Below are positions 58,572 through 64,000 of a stretch of 64,000 nt of DNA, piece after piece; positions within the stretch are counted from its first letter, which is position 1; the number at the start of each line of letters is the position of its first letter. The stretch lies in sequence record KT454805. One strand, 5' to 3'. A program made the translations under genes and the position numbers. The notes beneath the pieces were generated by a model that saw only the letters and a list, made by a program, of their open reading frames with translations, was not told the origin of the DNA and ran no database searches. The DNA comes from Escherichia phage phiSUSP1.

Positions 58572-58632
58572 ATTTTGAGAGGGCTTTCTAGCCCCTCCCT
58601 TAAAGAGTTCTTACGAGTATTCTTTAAAGGAG

Positions 58633-58709
58633 CAGAAGACCAAATTCAGCAAGCCAACTTAAAAAATTTCAAGCCAATTTAATTTTGAAAAATTTAAAAC
58701 TTGGTCTGG
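58633..58709 (+). ncRNA. inverted-repeat-bounded inter-tRNA element E3
   Basis: CAGAAGACCAA...TTGGTCTGG closing stem. Confidence 0.4.
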
Positions 58710-58722
58710 CTCAACAAATTTA

Positions 58723-58849
58723 CAGAAGACCGTTTACAGCAAGTATAAAACAATCTATTTCTCTGGTAAAGAAAAGGAGAAGGTTCGATTCCTTCACACG
58801 TTACGGCGTGTTGGTGTAATGGTAGCACTTAAGATAAACAACGGTCTGG
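58723..58849 (+). ncRNA. structured element E4 with tRNA-like T-arm (Y-RNA-like candidate)
   Basis: closing stem AGACCGT/ACGGTCT; internal hairpins GAAGG-TTCGATT-CCTTC (T-arm-like), ACACG-TTACGG-CGTGT, GTGT-AATGGTA-GCAC (D-arm-like); no anticodon arm. Confidence 0.4.
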
Positions 58850-58998
58850 TAATCCTCTTTGCAGTGACTTATGGAGCTAAATGTCGTCCCATGAGTGCCG
58901 ATGAATTTCCTTAGCATGATTCTAGATTAGCTTAATAGGAAATGACTCTACAAACCCTTTAGCAAGGTTTGCGTAGGTTACTGCAAAGATGATTTAAT

Positions 58999-59074
58999 GG
59001 GGGTGTAGCAGAAAGGTGATGCGGCAGACTTTTAATCTGACAGGCGACGGGTTCGAATCCCTCCACTCCCACCA
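58999..59074 (+). tRNA. tRNA-Lys (anticodon TTT)
   Basis: acceptor GGGGGTG/CACTCCC, loop CTTTTAA, T-arm GACGGGTTCGAATCCC. Confidence 0.7.
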
Positions 59075-59078
59075 ATAT

Positions 59079-59155
59079 GGTTCAGTCGCAGATAAGGTAA
59101 TGCAAGGGTTTCATAAGCCCTATGAATGTGGGTTCGAATCCCATCTGAACCTCCA
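59079..59155 (+). tRNA. tRNA-Met/Ile2 (anticodon CAT), second copy
   Basis: acceptor GGTTCAG/CTGAACC, loop TTCATAA, T-arm GTGGGTTCGAATCCCAT. Confidence 0.7.
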
Positions 59156-59156
59156 A

Positions 59157-59232
59157 GCTGGTATAGTTAAGAAGGTTATAACACTCCCCTGATAAGGGAA
59201 CATCGGTGGTTCGATTCCACCTACCAGTACCA
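59157..59232 (+). tRNA. tRNA-Ile (anticodon GAT)
   Basis: loop CTGATAA, T-arm GGTGGTTCGATTCCACC, acceptor GCTGGTA/TACCAGT. Confidence 0.7.
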
Positions 59233-59247
59233 ATTTCAATAAAGTTG

Positions 59248-59276
59248 TTGACATGGAGATGTGACTACTTTATAGT
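59248..59276 (+). promoter_or_regulatory. sigma70-like promoter inside tRNA cluster
   Basis: TTGACA-N17-TATAGT. Confidence 0.6.
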
Positions 59277-59509
59277 AGCCTTAGTTTTCGTTAGCGTAGC
59301 GTCTATTTTGCAAACTTAAAAATAAATGCAAACGATAATGCTTTTCTGGCAGTAGCTTAATAGGCTAAACACCAGTGAGGTCTTCCAATTCCTCATCAAA
59401 GAATTTGGCGTACTCGCCCACGGTATGATTAATAAGGTGGGCAACATTCTAAAGGGTATCCCGTATGGGGCTTGGCTTAAATGCAATGAGTACCCTTTAA
59501 AATGTTAAT

Positions 59510-59586
59510 GCACCCTTAGTTCAATTGGATAGAGCAAGTGCCTTCTAAGCACTGAGTTACAGGTTCGAGTCCTGTAGGGTGTGCCA
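59510..59586 (+). tRNA. tRNA-Arg (anticodon TCT)
   Basis: anticodon arm AGTGC-CTTCTAA-GCACT, T-arm ACAGGTTCGAGTCCTGT. Confidence 0.75.
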
Positions 59587-59593
59587 GTTTAAT

Positions 59594-59715
59594 GGTCAAG
59601 ACAACACTAGTAAGCCATCTGGATACATGTTAACAGATGTACGAAAGTCGGAAAGTTGCTGAAGGTTAGCTACCTTCGAGAGTAAGTAGGTTCGACTCCT
59701 ACCTTGACTGCCAAA
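59594..59715 (+). ncRNA. atypical tRNA-like element (possible pseudogene or insertion-containing tRNA)
   Basis: perfect T-arm GTAGG-TTCGACT-CCTAC and 3' CTTGACT-G-CCA pairing with GGTCAAG ~120 nt upstream; no canonical D-arm. Confidence 0.3.
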
Positions 59716-59849
59716 TAGTTAGCAGATTACTTAGACGACCTTAGCGGGTCTCCGTGTTGATTCAGATGAGTCAACTTCATAAGGAGGTGGTCTGTATCTC
59801 ATGTTTTCCAGAACATGTAAATAATCTGAGAAGAGGCTTGACAGTGTTG

Positions 59850-59878
59850 TGACAATACGGTAAGCTTCGAATTATAGT
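59850..59878 (+). promoter_or_regulatory. sigma70-like promoter
   Basis: TGACAA-N17-TATAGT upstream of tRNA-Trp and HNH gene. Confidence 0.5.
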
Positions 59879-59884
59879 GTTAAT

Positions 59885-59955
59885 AGGGGTGAGCTAAGGC
59901 AGCAATAGAGTCTCCAAAATTCTTGATTAGAGTTCGAATCTCTACACCCCTGCCA
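59885..59955 (+). tRNA. tRNA-Trp (anticodon CCA), short D-arm
   Basis: acceptor AGGGGTG/CACCCCT, loop CTCCAAA, T-arm TAGAGTTCGAATCTCTA; 71 nt. Confidence 0.6.
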
Positions 59956-59969
59956 GAATAGGTACTTGT

Positions 59970-60374
59970 ATGAAACTTTGTAGAAAATGCTCACAAGAAA
60001 AACCTTTAAGTTGTTTTCATAAGCGTGGTAATGGATACCAGTCAGTATGCAAAGATTGCAAATCCAAATACTCTTCTAAGAAGTATCAAGAAGACCCAAC
60101 TTATAAAGCTAAAAGGAAAATTAGGGCGGTAGCTGACAGAAAAAGAAACAGAGAGTTTCTTAACCGATACAAAAGAATCTGCAAATGCAGAGTTTGTGGT
60201 GAATCTGAACCAGTAGCATTAGACTTCCACCATTTAGACCCAAATGAAAAAGACTTTGAACCTAGCAATTTAAAGACTTACTCTAGAGGGACTATTAAGA
60301 GAGAAGTTAGAAAATGTGTTGTACTGTGTTCTAACTGTCATAGGAAAGTTCATGCAGGACTGTTAGAGGTTTAA
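59970..60374 (+). CDS. HNH endonuclease inside tRNA cluster
   Basis: Cys pairs CRKC...CKDC...CRVC and DFHHLDPN...LCSNCHRKVH HNH motif. Confidence 0.7.
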   Translation: MKLCRKCSQEKPLSCFHKRGNGYQSVCKDCKSKYSSKKYQEDPTYKAKRKIRAVADRKRNREFLNRYKRICKCRVCGESEPVALDFHHLDPNEKDFEPSNLKTYSRGTIKREVRKCVVLCSNCHRKVHAGLLEV

Positions 60375-60388
60375 CAGTCTTATTAGGG

Positions 60389-60475
60389 GTAGATAGCGGC
60401 TAATGGAAGCCAAATTGTCTTGAAAACAATTGCCATTGTAGTGATACGGTGAGGGTTCGACTCCTTTATCTACCG
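60389..60475 (+). tRNA. tRNA-Ser (anticodon TGA), class II
   Basis: 87 nt with long variable arm; anticodon arm ATTGT-CTTGAAA-ACAAT; CCA not encoded. Confidence 0.65.
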
Positions 60476-60628
60476 CCTAATGAGATTTAAGCCCACGCTC
60501 TGGTACAGCGTTCGGTTTCCCTCGTGTATTGTCGTACACGCACAACAAAGCACCTAGTAGGTGTCACGGAGAAGAGATAATATCAAGCTCTCCAAAGGTT
60601 CTAGTCACCGGATTAAACAAGACTATGC

Positions 60629-60648
60629 AAAGACCAGTTAGGTCTTTT
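60629..60648 (+). terminator. rho-independent terminator
   Basis: AAGACC-AGTTA-GGTCTT followed by TTT; ends a ~150-nt structured non-tRNA segment. Confidence 0.5.
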
Positions 60649-60718
60649 TAGAGAATTGTTAAGGCATTTGATACCATTGTTGCTTTGGCGTCTTAGCAGT
60701 TCTCTACAAAGATTTAAT

Positions 60719-60796
60719 GGGAGATTGACGGTAATTGGTAAACCTACCATCCTTAGAAGTTGGTGTTTGAGGGTTCGAATCCCTTGTCTCCTACCA
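60719..60796 (+). tRNA. tRNA with anticodon read as TAG, class I
   Basis: acceptor GGGAGAT/GTCTCCT-A-CCA, T-arm GAGGGTTCGAATCCCTT; anticodon arm CCATC-CTTAGAA-GTTGG is a 1-nt variant of the Val tRNA arm. Confidence 0.5.
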
Positions 60797-60803
60797 AATT
60801 AAT

Positions 60804-60879
60804 GCAGGTGTAGCAAAATGGTTATGCGGCTGACTCTTAATCAGTAAGACGATGGGTTCAATTCCCTCCACCTGTACCA
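60804..60879 (+). tRNA. tRNA-Lys (anticodon CTT)
   Basis: paralog of tRNA-Lys(TTT); loop CTCTTAA with compensatory stem change. Confidence 0.6.
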
Positions 60880-60885
60880 AATATT

Positions 60886-60961
60886 GGGGTTGTAGTTTAA
60901 ATGGTTAAAACATAAGTTTTGCAAACTTAAGTACAGGGTTCGATTCCCTGCTTCTCCACCA
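60886..60961 (+). tRNA. tRNA-Cys-like (anticodon GCA), imperfect acceptor stem
   Basis: anticodon arm AAGTT-TTGCAAA-AACTT, T-arm CAGGGTTCGATTCCCTG; two U-U mismatches in acceptor; possible pseudogene. Confidence 0.4.
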
Positions 60962-60967
60962 ATTAGT

Positions 60968-61042
60968 GCATCCATAGTTTAAACGGGAAAATTACAGTCT
61001 TCCAAACTGAGGTTGAGGGTTCGATTCCCTCTGGATGCTCCA
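60968..61042 (+). tRNA. tRNA-Gly (anticodon TCC)
   Basis: acceptor GCATCCA/TGGATGC perfect; loop CTTCCAA. Confidence 0.75.
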
Positions 61043-61049
61043 AATTAAT

Positions 61050-61125
61050 GCTCCTATCGTATAATTGGCTATTACGGTTGCCTTGTAAGCAACTTATCAG
61101 GGTTCGAATCCTTGTGGGAGCACCA
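61050..61125 (+). tRNA. tRNA-Thr (anticodon TGT)
   Basis: anticodon arm GTTGC-CTTGTAA-GCAAC; acceptor GCTCCTA/TGGGAGC. Confidence 0.75.
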
Positions 61126-61221
61126 ATTCAGAGGTCGAGTGAAAGACCGCTTGAGTCAACTGAAGACCGTAACAAATTCCACGGAGTTGAGTTAGCGGCA
61201 CAACTTCAGACCTCTTTTCAT

Positions 61222-61296
61222 ACTCGCTTAGTTTATACGGTAAAGCCCCATCCTTACAAGTTGGTGAAGAAGGTTCAAGTCCTTCAGCGAGTACCA
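61222..61296 (+). tRNA. tRNA-Val (anticodon TAC)
   Basis: loop CTTACAA as in E. coli tRNA-Val; acceptor ACTCGCT/AGCGAGT; T-arm GAAGGTTCAAGTCCTTC. Confidence 0.7.
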
Positions 61297-61298
61297 AT

Positions 61299-61376
61299 GT
61301 TCCAGTATCCCAATTGGCAGAGGATGCAAGCTCAAACCTTGTATTAGTGACGGTTCGAATCCGTCTTGGAACACCA
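61299..61376 (+). tRNA. tRNA with anticodon read as CAA, class I
   Basis: acceptor GTTCCAG/TTGGAAC-A-CCA; anticodon arm GCAAG-CTCAAAC-CTTGT; T-arm GACGGTTCGAATCCGTC. Confidence 0.5.
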
Positions 61377-61392
61377 ATTTTAGGAGATTCCT

Positions 61393-61605
61393 ATGAAGCC
61401 TTATGGTAGACACGGTAAAGTTGAAATTGCAAGTTGTGGTTGCTGTGCTTCTCACGATGGTGAAGAAGATTACTACAAGTGGCGTACAGACCATCGTAGA
61501 CGCTTTCTCAGAAGAGATAAGAAGAGAGCTAGACAGGAATCTCAAAAGAACATTGCAGAATTAGTTCAAATGGATAGAGCAGCAGCCTACGAAGTTGCTT
61601 GTTAG
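61393..61605 (+). CDS. small basic Cys-containing protein; 3' end overlaps tRNA-Arg
   Basis: AGGAG RBS 7 nt before ATG; 70 aa; last ~50 nt overlap tRNA 61555-61631. Confidence 0.25.
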   Translation: MKPYGRHGKVEIASCGCCASHDGEEDYYKWRTDHRRRFLRRDKKRARQESQKNIAELVQMDRAAAYEVAC

Positions 61606-61631
61606 GGGTTCGAATCCCTTATTCTGCACCA
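61555..61631 (+). tRNA. tRNA-Arg (anticodon ACG)
   Basis: acceptor GCAGAAT/ATTCTGC perfect; anticodon arm GCAGC-CTACGAA-GTTGC. Confidence 0.7.
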
Positions 61632-61650
61632 ATTTAAAGAGGCTATTTAA

Positions 61651-62208
61651 ATGAGATATTTGAAGTATGCTTCATGGATTTTCCTAGCTTTGCTAGAGCC
61701 ATTTGCAGCAATCTTAGCAGTAATCTTAGCACCCTTTGTGGTTCCATTCTACAGTGAGAGGAAAGGTCACTTACCTTTTGGATTCAGATGGATGGAAACT
61801 TATGATAACCCGATTGACGGTGACAAAGGTCACGTTGAGCGATGGGCTAAGATTCGAAAGATTGGTAAGCTCGGTGTTTATATGCAGAGAGTTGGATGGC
61901 TCTGGAGAAACAAAGCTTATAACTTCTCTTACCATGTATTAGGAAGAGATGTAAAAGATGTTACTAAGTGGAAAGGTAATATCAACGTAAGTTCTAACCC
62001 TGAAGATAAACAGACAGGTTATCTCCTGATGTGGAACAGTAATGCTTGGGGTTTATTCGCTTTTATCCCGTCAATTAAAATCTTTGGTAAACAATTTTAC
62101 TGGAGAATTTATGTTGGTTGGAAACTTAAAAGTGTTGTCCCAGAAGAAAGAGCATTTTCAAGGGAAAGAATTATGTTGGCATTCTTTATTCATCCACTAA
62201 GAAAGTAA
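61651..62208 (+). CDS. hypothetical protein with N-terminal hydrophobic helix
   Basis: AAGAGG RBS; WIFLALLEPFAAILAVILAPFVV; 185 aa inside tRNA cluster. Confidence 0.4.
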   Translation: MRYLKYASWIFLALLEPFAAILAVILAPFVVPFYSERKGHLPFGFRWMETYDNPIDGDKGHVERWAKIRKIGKLGVYMQRVGWLWRNKAYNFSYHVLGRDVKDVTKWKGNINVSSNPEDKQTGYLLMWNSNAWGLFAFIPSIKIFGKQFYWRIYVGWKLKSVVPEERAFSRERIMLAFFIHPLRK

Positions 62209-62216
62209 AGATTTAA

Positions 62217-62292
62217 AGGGGATTAGTTTACAAGGTTAAAACCTCGGTCTTTGAAATCGAAGAAGTTGGTTCAATTCCAACATCCCCCGCCA
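62217..62292 (+). tRNA. tRNA-Gln (anticodon TTG)
   Basis: anticodon arm TCGGT-CTTTGAA-ATCGA; T-arm GTTGGTTCAATTCCAAC; A1-C72 mismatch. Confidence 0.65.
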
Positions 62293-62294
62293 AT

Positions 62295-62373
62295 GCTCCA
62301 TTACTCCAATTGGCAGAGAGGCCAGACTTAAAATCTGTGTTATGTATCGGTTCGAATCCGATATGGAGTACCA
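62295..62373 (+). tRNA. tRNA with anticodon read as TAA
   Basis: acceptor GCTCCAT/ATGGAGT-A-CCA; loop CTTAAAA in a Lys-tRNA-like arm; 7-nt variable loop. Confidence 0.5.
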
Positions 62374-62380
62374 AATTAAT

Positions 62381-62456
62381 AGCAGTGTAGCATAACTGGC
62401 AATGCTCCAGCCTCTGAAGCTGAAAGATTAAGGTTCAAATCCTTACGCTGCTGCCA
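62381..62456 (+). tRNA. tRNA-Gln (anticodon CTG)
   Basis: anticodon arm CAGC-CTCTGAA-GCTG; T-arm TAAGGTTCAAATCCTTA. Confidence 0.65.
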
Positions 62457-62487
62457 CTTCTAAGGGTTCTTACGAGAGTCCTTACAT

Positions 62488-62564
62488 GTGTCCTTATCAT
62501 AAATGGATAATGACCCATGCTGTGAACATGGTCTATACGGGTTCGATTCCCGTAGGTCACCCCA
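62488..62564 (+). tRNA. tRNA-His (anticodon GTG)
   Basis: D-arm TCAT-AAATGGATA-ATGA, anticodon arm CCATG-CTGTGAA-CATGG, discriminator C73. Confidence 0.7.
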
Positions 62565-62572
62565 AATTTAAT

Positions 62573-62648
62573 GGGTTAAGTAGCTTATATGGTTAAAGCG
62601 CGTGTCTGAAAAACATGAGAAGAGGGTTCAAATCCCACTAACCCGCCA
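62573..62648 (+). tRNA. tRNA-Phe (anticodon GAA)
   Basis: anticodon arm CGTGT-CTGAAAA-ACATG; acceptor GGGTTAA/CTAACCC. Confidence 0.6.
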
Positions 62649-62665
62649 ATTTCAAAAGGTGCTTA

Positions 62666-63400
62666 ATGAAAGAGATGACAGAACAAGGTAAAGAGATTTT
62701 TAATCTCCTGAAATCCGGTAACGGGTTTTCTAACCCTCTTATTACTGGTGCAGCAATCCTTGGTGGCACAATTGCCGCTTCTACTTCATTAGTAAGCTCT
62801 ATTAGCTCGGTATCAGACCCTACAGTAAAAGATAAACTTATTGCTGCTGGTTTGACTACAGCCTTGTTAAGTAGCTTCTCAACGAGCCTTGGAAGCACTA
62901 CAACGACAACTAACACTTTGACTCAATACGGGCAGAAGTCTGTAGATGAGTTCTCATCACGTATGCAGGTAGCTAAAGGTTACTCTAACGTTATGGGTGC
63001 AGCAGGAGAACAAGTTGGTTGTACACCGTTTAGTGGAATCATGGGAGTAGCTACAGAGTACGGTCAAAAAGCTATGGATTTGATTAACACCTCCATAGAC
63101 ACTGTGAATGGCGTTCTAAGTGATTTGCAAGATGCAATCAACAAAGGACTAGATACTATATCTCCCTTAGCCTCACAAGCCGTTACAGCGATTAATCAGG
63201 GCATTGCTAAGATTACTGCATATGCTAATGAGGTCACTCAGATGATTGCAGATGAAGCAGCGTTAATTGCTGATTACTTGAAAACGAATATCAATGGTTT
63301 CCTTGCAGGTATCTTACCAGACTGGTTTGATGATGCTTGTAAAACTGGCGTGATTGATTCAATCGCAACTCCAGAGATGAAGGATGCCTTGAATAAATAA
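62666..63400 (+). CDS. hypothetical Ser/Thr/Ala-rich protein
   Basis: 244-aa ORF between tRNA-Phe and tRNA-Ser. Confidence 0.4.
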   Translation: MKEMTEQGKEIFNLLKSGNGFSNPLITGAAILGGTIAASTSLVSSISSVSDPTVKDKLIAAGLTTALLSSFSTSLGSTTTTTNTLTQYGQKSVDEFSSRMQVAKGYSNVMGAAGEQVGCTPFSGIMGVATEYGQKAMDLINTSIDTVNGVLSDLQDAINKGLDTISPLASQAVTAINQGIAKITAYANEVTQMIADEAALIADYLKTNINGFLAGILPDWFDDACKTGVIDSIATPEMKDALNK

Positions 63401-63402
63401 TT

Positions 63403-63495
63403 GGAAGATTAACCCTAAAAGGTAAGGGAACAGTTTGCTAAACTGTCAGTAACCGAGAAATCGGCGTACCAGTTCAAGTCTGGTATCTTCCTCCA
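63403..63495 (+). tRNA. tRNA-Ser (anticodon GCT), class II
   Basis: 93 nt; acceptor GGAAGAT/ATCTTCC perfect; anticodon arm ACAGT-TTGCTAA-ACTGT; long variable arm. Confidence 0.75.
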
Positions 63496-63503
63496 ATTTA
63501 ATG

Positions 63504-63578
63504 CGTCGATGACAGAAATGGCTATGTGCCTGTCTGCAAAACAGGATTATGAGGGTTCGACTCCCTTTCGACGCTCCA
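63504..63578 (+). tRNA. tRNA-Cys (anticodon GCA)
   Basis: acceptor GCGTCGA/TCGACGC perfect; anticodon arm CCTGT-CTGCAAA-ACAGG. Confidence 0.75.
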
Positions 63579-63612
63579 AATTATTTTACTCTCTCTCAAA
63601 ATAAAATAATAA

Positions 63613-63673
63613 CGCCCTGCTACGAGTATTCTTCCTTTCGCTACCGAAGAGTATTTTTAGACAGGGCTTTTTT
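63613..63673 (+). terminator. rho-independent terminator closing the tRNA operon
   Basis: CGCCCTG...CAGGGC followed by TTTTTT. Confidence 0.55.
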
Positions 63674-63738
63674 ACAGATGTATACTTTATAAGAAGACTT
63701 ATACAGTATGTCTCTGGCATACATTGTGGTTTCTCCTT

Positions 63739-63766
63739 GACGGTCTCTGCGCCGTCTTTTTTCAGG
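63739..63766 (+). terminator. second rho-independent terminator
   Basis: GACGG-TCTCTGCG-CCGTC followed by TTTTTT. Confidence 0.55.
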
Positions 63767-63799
63767 AGAACCATTCACTTATTATTTTGGAGAAATACA

Positions 63800-64000
63800 A
63801 TGAACGAGACTAATGTTTACAAAGAACTTTATGAAGCAAACAAAAGAGCCGAACTGTTGCAGAACACTATTATCAGTGTTGCTCACCGTCTGGCTAATGC
63901 AACTGGTAAGGACATTAAAGAAACCAATATGGATGAACTGTTAGACGCAGTTGATGCAAAGTTTGGTGTTAAGGCTGCCGAAGAAGTTGCTGCTGAATAA
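63800..64000 (+). CDS. hypothetical small protein
   Basis: GGAGAAA RBS then ATG 63800; 66 aa; stop at window end. Confidence 0.4.
   Translation: MNETNVYKELYEANKRAELLQNTIISVAHRLANATGKDIKETNMDELLDAVDAKFGVKAAEEVAAE

Noticed and set aside
58779-58828. Circularly permuted tRNA (T-arm + 3' acceptor directly followed by 5' acceptor + D-arm)
   Set aside because: The two putative acceptor halves ACACG/CGTGT are adjacent and simply form a local hairpin with loop TTACGG; no anticodon arm exists; better described as tRNA-like hairpins inside element E4.
59801-59824. 7-codon mini-ORF MFSRTCK with AAGGAGG upstream and palindrome CATGTT...AACATG
   Set aside because: Too short to support as a gene; SD-to-ATG spacing is long (13 nt); more likely a hairpin near the tRNA-Trp/HNH promoter. 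Noted in case ribosome profiling shows a leader peptide.

Overview
This 64-kb window is a segment of a large lytic dsDNA phage genome: AT-rich, densely coded, with strand-switching gene blocks. Gene content (family-A DNA polymerase, T7-type primase-helicase and 5'-3' exonuclease, T4-type rIIA/rIIB, dNMP kinase and lysozyme, NrdAB plus NrdDG, a Prs/NAMPT pair, several HNH and one GIY-YIG endonuclease, a ~27-tRNA cluster) fits a Felix-O1-like (Ounavirinae-type) myovirus of enterobacteria; this is inference from remembered family features, not a database hit. Layout: 1-7997 minus-strand replication block (ligase, HNH, DNA pol); 8255-38951 plus-strand nucleotide-metabolism, replication, rII and spanin block; 39376-46176 an array of 17 small ORFs, most with a conserved promoter-hairpin and an invariant translation-initiation cassette; 46241-47830 a 1.6-kb non-coding iteron-rich region between convergent terminators; 47871-55423 minus-strand block with endolysin and an Ig-like protein; 56267-57682 a Ro60-like (TROVE-vWA) protein; 57849-63578 a tRNA cluster interspersed with an HNH gene, small ORFs and structured non-tRNA elements. 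The leads I rate highest are (1) a Prs-like + NAMPT-like pair that may be an NAD+ reconstitution anti-defence module, and (2) the Ro60-like protein sitting next to tRNA-like structured RNAs (candidate phage Ro60/Y-RNA RNP). Also notable: a macrodomain protein, the small-gene array, and the iteron region. All homology calls are from reading the translations by eye; coordinates of RNA and regulatory features are +/- a few nt.
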